Positions 9,759-21,489 of a stretch of 64,000 bases of DNA are shown here, in pieces. This stretch comes from Hyaloraphidium curvatum SAG 235-1 (Eukaryota; Fungi; Monoblepharomycota). Within the stretch, counting starts at the first letter, position 1, and each line of letters begins with the position of its first letter. The stretch lies in assembly GCA_025558095.1 (NCBI GenBank), contig JAIVFI010000040.1, positions 62,001 through 126,000 on the forward strand, read 5' to 3'. Position numbers and translations under genes: made by a program. The notes under the pieces are model-generated. The model ran no database searches. It saw only the letters and a list, made by a program, of their open reading frames with translations, and was not told the DNA's origin.

Positions 9759-11952
9759 CTACAAGCCAAAGGATTTCAACGTAGCGTCGACCTGCTGCGC
9801 GGTCCACTGCGCCATCTTTACCGGGAAATCCAGGCCACACCCGTCCATGGTGCAGTACGTGTACCGCACCGGCGTTACCGGGGCCGCCCGCAGCGCGTCG
9901 GTGGCATCGGTCTTGACGCCAAACATGAAAGTGTTGCCGAATTGCGCCTCGGGGCAGAGCTGCGGGTTCTGCTGGTAGTACGAGGAGGAGCAAACTTGCT
10001 CGCCGGTGATATTGGTCATGATGTGGTAGACCGGCGTGGCGTTGTCGAGGAAACCCTGCTGGAGGGTCTGCGAGTCGAGGAAGACGTTCGGGGCGACGGC
10101 GGCGACGGGGTTGGTGCGCTTAAGGTCCTGGATGCCCCTGTAACGGACGGAGCGTCAGATGAATTGAACGAGACCTTCAAACGCGGTGCCTCGTCCCCAC
10201 CAGTACTGCTGCACCCAGGCTGGAGAAGGTGCGGGGTCAGTCAGGGCAGGTGCAAACCAGTCGCATGAGCCCGCCCACCATTCGGCTTCCTCAGCTGCGC
10301 CCTGAAGGAAGCGTAGTATTGCGGCGGGACGTAGTAGCTCGAGTTGGACTCGCCGGGGACGAAGATGCTCCTGCGGAGGCATGAGGCGTGCGCGCTGGTG
10401 AGCGACCCGAATCCGAGGCGCGGCACCGACGGCCCACATGAAGCCCCACGGCATCCCAAGCGAGTTCAGGATGTTGGCCAACGACGTCCTGCCCATCAGC
10501 TGCAAATTGGTGTATTTGACGACCTGCTCTGGCGTGTAGTTTCTGTAGGCGCCGTAGGCCTTGAACTCGATCCCGTCGGGCTGCAAGCCGCGCGGTAAGC
10601 CACCAAGGAAGCGCATCGAAGAAGAAGCGGGGATGGCCCACCGAAACATCCAACAGGCCCAACGACGCCACCTTGCCCGGCCTCAGCCTCGTGTAGCGGA
10701 TCATGGGGTTCCCGCCGCCGCCCCAGGCCAGGAAGTTGAGCTTCTTGTCCCCGCCCTCGCCAATCTGCTCGAACAGCGAGTCGTCTGCGGCAAACAGCGC
10801 GGATCAATGATGCAGCTCGAGCTGCCGCCATTCGCAGGGACCCACAGTGCAGGTTCGCGGCGTTGGGGCTTTGAGGGTAATAGTAGAACTCGTTTGCGAG
10901 GAGGTTGCCGGACCACCCGAAGCCGGGCGGGTCGTACACGCACACCCGGCGGCCGAGACCGACCAGATACGTCTGGATGGGGTAGAAATCGACGGTTCCG
11001 TGCGCGCCGCTCGAGTCCATGAAGATGGTCGGGAGGGACGACGCGGGGCCCTCGCAGTAGCGGTGCAGCGGTCGGGTGCGGCCGTCGACGAGCGTGACAG
11101 TCTGGACCGTTCCCCTGCATGGGTGACGGGTATGTGAGGAAGATACTGGTCGGCGAAGCGTCATTCTGCCAAACCTCGGGGGGTAACTCGTGTTGAGGGC
11201 GGCCTGGATGCCGCCGTTGGCGAGCAACGCCAAGAAGAACACGTGAAGGAACCTCAGGAAGACGTTGAAGCCGGAAAGCGTGTTCCTGCCGCAGTTGGGC
11301 TTCTTGTCGAGCGACGACGCCCCCTTGGCGGTGGAATCGGCGATCCCGTTCTCGGCGGCGTTGGCGTAATCGCCGTTGATCCCGTTGGTACCGTTTGCGT
11401 AGTCGGCGGCACCACCTTCGACGACCTTTGGGTTCGCCTCCGCCGCGCTGGCGATGGCAGCTACGCCGAGCAGCACCTCCTTGCGTCTCCAGACGGTGAG
11501 GAACAGCCCGAGCCCGCAGAGGAACGAGTTGATGAGGAACCAGCCCATCGGAGCAAAGAGCTGCGCGGCACCCCAGCCACCGCAGGCTATGAGGGATGCG
11601 ATTGCAACAAGCGTCCAGTAGATCAGGTCAAGGATGTAGAAGCCCTTGTTGCGGAACAGGTACGGCGTCTTGAGGTTGGTATACAGAATCTCGAGCCCCG
11701 TGATGAGGACCATGAAGGCAGCCCACATGGGAATCCACTGGTTGTATAGCTCGGAGGTCTGAATTCCAGCAAAGACTGCGATGGGGAGCGCTGAGCACGC
11801 GGACCCCAGTTGGACCTTGCGACGGGAGACCCACCGGCATAGACGGCGCCGCCTGCAGCGCCGACCACGAGCGCGCCATACGCGACCGCGGAGGCCCAGC
11901 GGAACCTGCCCCAGGGGTCGGGAGACGGCGAACCGGGGATGGTGGCGACCAT
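9759..11952 (-). CDS. Multi-pass membrane protein with C-terminal alpha/beta-hydrolase fold, likely non-catalytic; multi-exon
   Basis: N-terminal TM helices, then LHRYCEGP..PTIFMDSSGAHG..RVCVYDPPGFGWS. The elbow reads FLAWGGGG and the C-terminus reads DGCGLDFP. Confidence 0.75.
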
Positions 11953-12257
11953 GGCGTCGGGCGTCCCGGGAGCCGGCTCAGAGACGTTGGAGGCTCGGCC
12001 CGCGAATCGCTCCGGAATCGGCGGACCGGTCGCCGGGACGGAGCTGCGGAAGTGTTTTCAAGCTGCAGGCGCACTCGCAAGCGCTGCGGTCGCTATGCGG
12101 TGTTTCGGTGTGTGCTGGACCCGAGTGCGGTGGCCTGCGGAGAAATGGCCCTAGTGCGGCCTCGCGGTGAAAACTCCCCAGTAGCGCAGCTTTTCAGGGC
12201 CCAGGTTTGCGACAACGCTACACCCGCTGAGCAATCCATTCGATGCTATTAGAACGA

Positions 12258-13614
12258 TCATGCCTCGTCCGCCGCCCGCTTCTCCAGCCAGCCGTCGATG
12301 ATGGCGTTCACCTCGTCGGGCTTCTCGTACGCGACCCAGTGGCCGGCCCCCTTGATCTCCTGCAAAACGGCGGCACGCTCAGCTTGGCCTATCATGCAGC
12401 AGCGCCGATCACCCACGGTCATGGTCAGGTCCTTAATGTGCGCCCTCATGGGGTCGCTCTTGGCATCTTGCCAAAAGGGGTCGAATTCCGGGCCGATGAA
12501 GAGCGTGGGCACGTCGATGTTGTCGTCTGCGTGGTCAACGAACTCGTGGAAGCTCGGCTCGCCCATGCGGTACCACTTGGAGAGGGGTCGGGCGTGAATC
12601 AGCTTCCGCTGGTCGGCCGGGCTGCGCGGCCACGAACCTGCAGGGGCCCGCCGAGCCCGCCGATCGACTTGCTGAAGGAAATGTAGGCCTCCCGTTCCTT
12701 CTCCGACAGCAGCGCGGAGCGGGGCATGTTGACCGCCTTGGCGATCTCGATGATGCCCCGTTCGGGCGTGATGGCGGCGGCGCCCGCCTCGGCCCCGGGC
12801 CCGCCGGGCCGGAAAAAGGCGTCGATGAAGAGGTCCGTGTTGGCGTTCAGCTCCTCCTCCGCCTTGTCGGTGCAGAAGTACAGCTGGTAGTTGAGGATGG
12901 GCATGAGCTTGGCCAGCTGCTCCAGCGGGACGTAGACTTTTGCCGGCGGCAGGTACGGGATCGAAACCAGCACGAACTTGCTGATCCTCTCCTGGTGTAG
13001 AAGCGCGAACCGCTGCACCAGCACCGCCCCCCAGTCGTGGCCCACGACGATGGCCTTCTTGACCCCGGCGTGGTCCAGCAGCTCCGCGATGTCCTGAGCG
13101 GCCTTGCCGAGGCTATAGTGCGCGTCCCGGCCCGCCTTGTCCGCGGCCTTGGGGCGGGGTTCGCCCTTGTCTGCGGCGGCGGGATCAGCTCCTCCTTCCG
13201 AGGTTGCGAGGGAGGGGGACCCACTGTACCCCCGCGTGTTGGGTGCCAGCACCCGGTAGCCCTTCTCCACAAAGAACGGAATCTGATACCTGGGAAAGGC
13301 CGATCGCGTGAGCCAATCTGCCTCCGACAGAACCGCGGAGCCATAGAGCTCCCGGCACCGCCCCGGGAGGCGAGAACGGGGTCGAAGCGCACCTCCACAT
13401 CATCCAAGACTCGGGAAACCCGTGCACAAAGATCATCGTATCCCTCTCCTCCCCCTCCGGTTTCGCGTCGACGTAGACTGTCCGTCCCGCGCGGGAAACC
13501 CGTCAGCGGGGAGACACCCCTTCCCGCGGCGGAGCGCGCACCCATGTCGATCCCATTGACCCGGGCGGTGGAGAGGGGGAAGGACGAAAGGTCGTCGGGG
13601 ACGATTTTGCCCAT
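12258..13614 (-). CDS. Soluble epoxide hydrolase-like alpha/beta hydrolase, multi-exon
   Basis: HGFPE oxyanion motif, VGHDWGA nucleophile Asp, NYQLYF lid Tyr, GPLQWYR across a splice junction, GAGHWVAYEKP catalytic His. Confidence 0.88.
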
Positions 13615-14074
13615 TTTGGCGGGGATGCGGGGCGGGAGAGAGGGGGAGGTCAGGCTGTTTGTCGGGAGCGGCGGACGAGCGGAGTCCGGGGCCTCCTATT
13701 CACCCGGCCCCTGGAGGACGCCGACCGCTTGCTGGCACCTCCGATCCTGCTCGGGACAACACCGCAGGGACGTCCTATAATCTCTCCACCCTATCCTGGC
13801 CCCCTTTATCGCATCAGGTGCGCCGAACCCTCTCCCGCGCAGTCCCAGACCGGAAGCGCCCTTCTCGCACCTAGCTCCGCGATTCCGAAAAAAGCATGCG
13901 ACATTCCCAACCAGAACAGACAATCCGAAACCGCCTGTGGCCCCAATCGGGGTTACCGGGCGCCAATCGTGCTGCGCGCCCTTGCGCGCCTCAGCCCCCC
14001 TTCCCTCCTTCCTTGCTTCGCCATTGAGCAGCAGCCATTTCCACCCCTTCCGGCTCCCACAAGGGAGCAGATGA

Positions 14075-16253
14075 TCAATCCTCGTCCTCGGCCGCTGGTT
14101 TCCCCGCTACCCTCAGCTTGGGCGGCCGCGGCACCTCCTCCGGCAGCTCCTCCACCGGCACGCCGAGCTGGCCGGCCAGGCGGCGGACGTGCGAGCGCCA
14201 GTGCTGCGGTGGGGTGCGGTCGTCAGCCCGTGCGATGGGAAGGCGGGGGGCGGTGCGCACCTGGAGCATGTTGTCGTGCCGGTTGAAGGTGCTCTGGCAC
14301 GCCGGCACCGGACACTGGTGGGGCTTGTCCTGCGTGTGCACCTATCGCGCGCATCAGCCCCCGTTTGCACACCGCACGGCGCAACAAAGACGCACCTTCT
14401 TGTGCCTGCCCAGGTACCCCGACGTGCCGAACACCTTGCCGCACACGTCGCACTCGTGCCCGCGCCGGCCGGACTTGCGGCGGCGGCGCCTGTCCTCGGA
14501 CGAATCGGAGGACGGGTCGTCCGAGGGCGGGGGCGGGGGCAGGGAGATGCTGGGGCGCTTGGCGGGGCGGCGGTCGGGCTGCGGTGCGGGCGCGGATGCG
14601 GTGGGGGGGAGGTCCGGCAGGGATGCGGCGGATGCGCGGCGGGGGGGGTCGAACGACGCCGAGGGCACGCTGGGGGGGCTGCGGATCGCGGGGGGGAGCA
14701 GAGGCTGCGGGGCGTCGCTGCGCTGCGGGAAGGCCGGGGCGGCGGGGTCCCGCGGGGAGAACGTTGTGCGGGGGTTGGAGGGGGGAGATGGGAAGGAGGG
14801 GAAGGCGACGTCGCGGGGGGAGATGGTGAGCTGCGCCGGCTGCTGGGGCGCGAACCGCGCGGCCTGGGAGGGATGCCGCGCCACCTGTGCCGGGGCCGGT
14901 GCAGGTGCTGCAGGCTGCGGCTGCATCGCCGGGAACCCGAGCGCGGGGGCCTCGCGCGGCGACGGGAACCCGGGGAAGTTGGGCGCCGACACGTCGCGCG
15001 GCGACACGGAGGTGAGCTGCGGGACTGGCGCGCGCGGCTGCGCGGGGGGCGGGGCGGCGGCCTGGCCGTAGATGCCGTACGGGTCCGCGAAAGCCTGGGG
15101 AGGCATGGGCTGCGGGAAGCGGTAGGCCTGCGGGGCCGGAGGGGGGGCGGAGGGCATGGGGTTGTACTGCACGTTGCGCGGGGGGGCGCGGGCTGCGACG
15201 GGGTGTCAGCATGCAAAGGAGGCGCGCGCGCAATAGAGGATGCAACCCACGTTCCCAGTCCCAGGCCTCCCCGTCAAAGCCGTCGAGCATGCGGTCGTAG
15301 CTCGCCGCATAGTCCGAGAGCATCTGCTGCAGCCCCGACGACGAGCGCATCGCTGCGCGCTGCTGGTTGGCCACGAGCTGCTGGTTCGCCAGCAGCTGCT
15401 GCTGCTGCGCAAACTGCTGGTTTGCGTACTGCTGGCTCGCCAGCTGCTGGTTGGCGTAGTACTGCGCAGCCTGGGCCGCCTGCGCCGCCTGCACGGCCGC
15501 GGCCGCGGCTTGCTCCGCCAGCGTTTGGGTCCGCCCGGGCGCCGGGCCCTCGGGCCTGCCGTACTCGCCGGCCTCCGGGTCCTGCTCACGCACGGGCGGC
15601 GGCGTGGACTGATTGTACCACGAGCCCTCCTCCGAGGGAAAGTCCACGAGCCCGCCCATGGTCGAGGTGCTCTCGTTGCCGTCGCCGTTGCCCGCCGAGC
15701 CTGCGGACCCCGAGCCGGGGGACCCGCCCGCGGCGCGGAGGCCGACGGCGCCGGCGTCCGAGTCCGAGTCGCGGTCTCTTTTGGCGGCGCCCCTGCGCGC
15801 GTAGGGCGCGGCCGAGAAGGCGGCGAGGTTGCGCAGGTTCTCGTACGACGACGCGTAGGCGACGAAGTTTGGGTCGCTGGGCGGCAGGTAGTACGGGCCC
15901 AGCGAGCCCTGGGCGGCCAGCTGCGGCGGGATCTGCGGCAGCAGGGCGCCGGGCGAGGCGTGCTGCGCGCCGGGCGAGTTGCCGAGCGTGCCCGATGCGT
16001 TCGAGCCGGAGCCGGCGGTGCGCGCCAGCGAGGCGGTGTTCGAGCGCTCCGAGCGGCCCGAGTCCGTGCGGCCGCGCTCGAAGTCGGCGTCGTCGCGCGG
16101 CGAGCCCTTTGCGCCGCGCAGGTACGCGGTCAGGCTGCCGTCGGACGACGCCGCCTCGGACGGCGGGCCCTTCAGCGAGCCGGGCGACGCGGCCGGCGAC
16201 GCGGCGGGCGAGCGCGCCCCGCCGCCGCCGAACGCGCCGTCGCGGCCGGCCAT
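14075..16253 (-). CDS. Nrg1-like two-finger C2H2 transcription factor with Q/P-rich N-terminus, 4 exons
   Basis: HECDVCGKVFGTSGYLGRHKK|VHTQDKPHQCPVPACQSTFNRHDNMLQ|HWRSH closely follows the Nrg1 fingers (FTTSGHLARH / FSRHDNCLQH). Intron 15193-15250 restores frame. The start at 16253 is tentative. Confidence 0.8.
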
Positions 16254-18211
16254 TGCGCTCTCAGCCGCGGGCGCGGGGCCGCTGCTCGCCGCGGGGCAGC
16301 CTGCTCGCCCCGGTGGTGGAGCGCTGCTGCCCTTGCGCTCGATGGGTGTTCCGTCGGTGGCGGTCGCCGCCCAAGCCGGCCGCTCCTCCCACCGGCTGCG
16401 ATGCGACGGCCGCGGGCGGATTCGCGCGTGGAAATCCGCCCCCGGCGAGTCCGCGGGGTCCCTGCCGCGTCGTCGGAAAGAGATCTCGCCCGACCCGATC
16501 CGCCTGGCTGATGCCCACAACGAGGGTCGGCCGCCGATCTCGCCCTGCAGCGCACACCACGGCTCCCCGGGCACCGTTTGCCGGCGGTTCATTTCGTGCA
16601 TGCCCCCGCGCGGCCCGCCGGCCCGGTCCCGCCCCGATCCGCTTGCGATTGGCGGTCCCCAACCCCGCCCGGTCTGCGAGAGATCTGACTCCACACACTT
16701 GCCGCCCGGCCTCGCAGCCCCGGCCCGCGAACCCGCCGGCACTGTTTTCCCCCGCGCTTCGCGCCCCTGGCCTCTCCCGATCGACGGGGCCCCCCCGGTC
16801 GCCCCCGTCGGGTGTGCGGGATCGGCGCCGGCTGTGCGGTCCCCTACAAACGGCCCCCGACCCTGACTCACCCTCCGAACCCCATCCTTCCCCGCCCGCG
16901 CTCCCCCGCCAGCCGATCCGAATCCGCAGGGCCGCACCGCCCGCCGCGCCGCACCGCACCGACTTGCCGACGGCCGCGCCGCCGCGGGTTTTCCCGCCCC
17001 GCCGATCCCCCACCCAAAAATTGCCGCCCGCCCGCGCGGAGCGGCGCACGGGGACCCCATCTGCCGCCCGGAAACCGGTGGATCGGGGGGACCGCACAAT
17101 TTGCGCCTCTGCCGGGCGCATCGGCGTCTGGCGCTTGCCCGGGGCCGGGCGGACGCACCGGCATCCTCGTCGCCACAGCTTCCCGCCGCGCCACCGTCCG
17201 GCCGCGCGCTTTGTAACACGCTTCCCCTCGGGCAGAACCCCCCGGAACCGGCCGACGCCGCCCGCCGATTTCGTCCGATGCGGCAGGTTGATGCACACGG
17301 CGACGGTCTCGATCGCGATCATGGGAACGCTGGTTGCTCGGTAGTTTGCCGAGGTGAGCATGCGGCCCCGGCATGTGGCCGCGAGCTGGAAGTGCAGGCT
17401 GATGTAGAGCTCGTCAGCCAATGGGGGCAGCGGGGCGCCCCGCGAGGATGCCGCGGAGCAGCGATCGAGGAGGTCGGCGAGCTGAGGACTCTCGAACAGG
17501 ATGTTGCCTAGAACGGTCGGTTCATTGCCCGCGCGTTGGCGGACAGGGGAAAGCAGCCAGCATGGAGTCCACGAGGCGCCTGCATGCCGCCCAGCCGCGG
17601 AAAAGTTCGGCCTCGCCCGGCACGCGGACTGCCCTTGCTCCGCTTGTCCACCGTCTCGGCCTTGTACGCCGCGACGCCGGGCAGGGTGAGAAGCGTGCCG
17701 TCCGCCGCGGCGCGGTCAATTTTCTCCCGTGCCAGCTCGACGATGCCTTCAAAGAGGCAGATTCTTTCCTGAAGCACGGACCGCTGCTTGACCCCGGCAA
17801 ACGGTACCGCGCGGTCGACTGGCTGCTGCCGAACGGCAAGGAGCAGGGTGCGACCATCATCGCGGAGGCATGCTGCCACGACGCAGCGGTCCGATTCAAT
17901 TCGAGCAGTCACTCTTCTGCACACCCCTAGAGACCCGAATCCACACTCGCTAGGTGAACATGAAAGTTGGCGCGCTGCCGAGTCGTCCATCTGGGCGATC
18001 GGGGTGGAGCCCAAGCAGCTGCGTTGGGAGCTCCGCCACGTCCACTTCCCGGCTGGCCGACAGCGTCACCGTATTGGAATTTGCAGATTCCGCACCAGAA
18101 GGATATCGGAAAATGCATGAGCACATGCTTGCAGGAAGATGCTTAGCCTCGGCCTGTGGTCTTGCCCCATCCACTTACACCTTTCTATCAAACCCTCTTG
18201 CTTCACAGGGC

Positions 18212-19039
18212 ATGTCGTCCCCCAATCGCCGCGTATCGTGCTTGGCGTGCGCGAAGGTGCACCTCAAGTGCGACCGGGCACCCGGAGTCTGCGGGCGCTG
18301 CGCTTTCCGGGCGGACCATTGCGTCTACCCAAGCAACTCCGCGCCGCAGCCGGGCGGCCACCCCCGGCTGCCGTCCGCCGACGGATCACAGCCAGCTCTC
18401 AAAGACCTGCAGACGCCTTCCCCAGCCGTCGGCCTCCTCGCCTGCCGCCCTTTGGGAAATGGGGGACCCTCTTCCTCCAGAGATCACACCCCAACTGCTG
18501 CGCCCGCCTCCCCGCCCCTTTTCGGGGCGAGCCCCCCTGCAATTTACTCTCTCCCCTTTACTGGGCAGGCGTTGCCCGTCTCCCCGAGCCCCTTCTCGCT
18601 GCTCGCTCCGGATGGCGTGCCAAAAGTCTCCGTCGTCGCACATGATTCTTCAAGACATTCACTCTGTGCGCATCCGCACTCCGTGAAACATCGGCCTTCC
18701 CCCAATAACTCTCCTGTGGAACCAGGTTCTGGCTCGACTGCGCCGACGCCGAACACCCCTGCCTCCCCTGCCACCTCCTCGTTGCCGCCCAACATGCCCG
18801 GCCCGTGCACGACACCACCGGGTCCTTCCGACTCCCCCGACCGCATGTCGCTCGCATTCCTCCTCTCCTATGACTCGCCGCTCGGTTGCGGGCCTGGCGC
18901 GGGCTCGCTCGGCCCTTTGGGGCCCCAGGCGGGGACCGCCAAACAGCACGGAGCCGGCGGGACAGTGCACACCCGTTCCGCTCTTGACCCCGGAGGAGAC
19001 ACTCTGGCGCCGGATCGGATGGCGTCTGAACTCGGATAA
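18212..19039 (+). CDS. Zn(II)2Cys6 binuclear cluster transcription factor ORF, copy 1
   Basis: SCLACAKVHLKCDRAPGVCGRCAFRADHCVYP = CX2CX6CX6CX2CX6C, followed by a P/S-rich tail. May splice to the downstream ORF. Confidence 0.75.
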   Translation: MSSPNRRVSCLACAKVHLKCDRAPGVCGRCAFRADHCVYPSNSAPQPGGHPRLPSADGSQPALKDLQTPSPAVGLLACRPLGNGGPSSSRDHTPTAAPASPPLFGASPPAIYSLPFTGQALPVSPSPFSLLAPDGVPKVSVVAHDSSRHSLCAHPHSVKHRPSPNNSPVEPGSGSTAPTPNTPASPATSSLPPNMPGPCTTPPGPSDSPDRMSLAFLLSYDSPLGCGPGAGSLGPLGPQAGTAKQHGAGGTVHTRSALDPGGDTLAPDRMASELG

Positions 19040-19653
19040 ATCGTCGGGGGAGTCATCCGAGAGGCTCGTCAGGGGAGTCATCCCAAAGGAGTCATCCCCA
19101 GCCGAGTAGCCAAGCCGCGGACGGCGAAGAGGGCTTTCGGCCCACTGCTGTTCCAAGCACAGACCGTTGGATGCCGCAGCACAATCAATTGCCCTGTTGG
19201 CCTGTTGGACGAAACCACCATCCGCACCAAGGACTGCTAGACGGAGGAGGTGGCAAGCCCGCACCTGATTTCGAGTTGGCCAGGGTTTAGGTTATGACGC
19301 ATGGTGGCCCATCGCGCCACCTAGTCGAGTCACAACTGACCTGCCAACGGATTCCGGGAGTGCCCAACCGGGCAAACGTCGCGGGAAGTATCAGAGCAGC
19401 CAACCGTGTACACTGTGCGCGCCCTCGAGCCTTCGCGCGCCACATCGGACCGAAACGAACCCAGCGCGGCCCCGCCCCGCCAACGAGGGAGTGGGTCAGA
19501 CCACGGCCCGACAAACAGAACAGACTGGGACGGCCAGGCGCATCGGAACGGCTTTTCGCGGCGATTTCCAGAAGCTCGACCGGGCAACCTCGGGCGCGGA
19601 GGCTTCGGCGCCGACGTGGGCCGCGTGAGACGGGACGCTGCTGTTCTCAGTAG

Positions 19654-21489
19654 CTGCGGCCGGCGGTGTCGGCGACGCGAACAGCGGGCCCTTCGACGTA
19701 CGAGGACGCTATGGGGCCCGACCCGACGATCCTCCTGGCCCCGTGGCCAACGGCGCCCGAGACTCTGGCCGCACCGCGTTTCAACAACTCGCCGGGCAAC
19801 GCAGCCCCGGACACCGGCCCCGAGGAGCCGTTCTCCCCCTCACCTGGGGTGTACGTGCATGTTTCGATCCCCATCACCGCCGTCGTCGGCCTCGTGCGCC
19901 ACTTCTTCCGCACACACCCGCGCCTGCGCCTACTCCACGCGCGCCGCGTGTGCCGCGACTTTCCCCCGCGCCAGGCCGCGCTCTCGTGTCTCCTTCTGGA
20001 CGCCGCGGGCAGCCTGGCACAGTCCATGGCCCGGGGCGACCCGGAACCGGCCCTGCAGGCGCACGTGCTGGACCCCGAGGGCCTCGAGATGCGGCTCTTT
20101 GCAGAGGCCGCGGGTGAGATCGAAGCGTGGCTGTTGGCAGACCCCGCGGAGAGAACTCCATTGGACGCCACCGAGTTCCTTGCGGCGCCCCTGATTATGC
20201 ACGGGTGGGCCGAGCGGAGGGGGTTGTTCGACCTTGCCAAGACGCTGGAAGGTGTTTGTGCCTACGTCGCCGGGGTGGCCGTGGCCAGCGGCTCCACGTC
20301 GTCGTGGGAGACCGTCATGTGTTCGGCTCTTCGGGTCAGGAGCGTCGACGAGGTGCGGGCAGCTCCGCTGGCGCCCCATTGGGTTGCACTGTTGCGGGAC
20401 GCGTGGACGGCGTACCACGAGTTCCAGGGGTGCCTCTTTGCGCTCGCCCGCATAGAAGCCGAGGCTGCGGCCCGCGACTCCCTGTCCACGAAGCGCGGCG
20501 ACCCTACCGGACTCGATTTCCTCGTGGGGCACCTCCACACTATGCCTCCGGACGGCACGTGGCGCCTCTCCTTTCAGGACGCGTTCGACCCCAGGTTCGC
20601 GGACCATAGACCCTCTCACGTTGCTCCCCTCCTCGCCTGGATCGGCGTTGCTCCCCCCCGCCCGTCTCTCCCCGCACAGCTCTCCACCCCGGACGTCGCC
20701 TTCCTGCTTCTCGCGCGCACCCGCCTCCTCCTCGACGCTCTGCACGCCGCCGCCGCCTCCTCCTCCTCCTGCTTACCCTACCCCGATCTCGACGACTGCA
20801 ACGAATCCAAATCAGGTGACGAGATGCACAGCAGTGCGTCCTTCACCTGCGACGTTGAACGGCGCCGCCGCGGGCTGCTCGTCTCCGTGCGGTCGCTCCA
20901 CGCTCTGCTCGCCAATGAGGCGGAGGAATGCGCCCGCGCGGTTCTGGCCGGCGCTTGGATGGAGCTCGAGACACCGTGCGGGGAAGTGTTTATTCGAGGG
21001 AGGGTGCACGCCGGGTTCATCGAGGGGCTGGCAGACAAGGTTGCGTCCGCGGAGGGCGGCGGAGTGATGCTGGGCGAGGTTTGTTTCTCCTGCATGACGG
21101 GCGTGCGTTGGGCACCGGCGTGCTGACCGCAGACCCGCACGCAGATCCTCGAAGCGATTGCCGCCCTCCGTGCGCGATCGATTGCTACCCGCCGTCTCCC
21201 CGGCCCGCTGCATGGCCCCGCGCTGCTCTGCATCTCCCTCTTGCACGTATCTTTGCACCAGCGGGTGCTCGTCCGCGGCGGGCCGCCGGATGTGCACGCG
21301 ACGGTGCTGCGGCAGCTTGCCGCGTGCGCGTCGCTGCTGCCCACGGACGGTGGGGACACGGTACTAGCGTGGGCCAAGGTGCTGGTGTCGGGCGTTCTCA
21401 AGAATGTGGGGTTGGGGGAAGCGGCTGGGGACGGGGGCTTGAGGACGGGGGAGGTGGCGGCCCTGCGCGAATGGTTGCGATGCATGTGA
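19654..21489 (+). CDS. Helical uncharacterised protein or TF C-terminal region, copy 1 (intron 21079-21132)
   Basis: 486-codon ORF. A GT..ctgac..cag intron joins MLGE to TRTQILEAIAAL...REWLRCM*. Confidence 0.6.

Noticed and set aside
5317-13614. Monooxygenase + hydrolases + nearby TFs as a secondary-metabolite cluster
   Set aside because: No backbone synthase (PKS, NRPS, terpene), and a housekeeping-like Aim19 gene is interspersed.
14189-17344. Very long ORFs (1051 aa +, most of 998 aa -, 386 aa -)
   Set aside because: Arg/Pro/Ala-rich shadow frames caused by high GC. Only the 16253-15251 part of the 998-aa ORF fits the spliced C2H2 gene.
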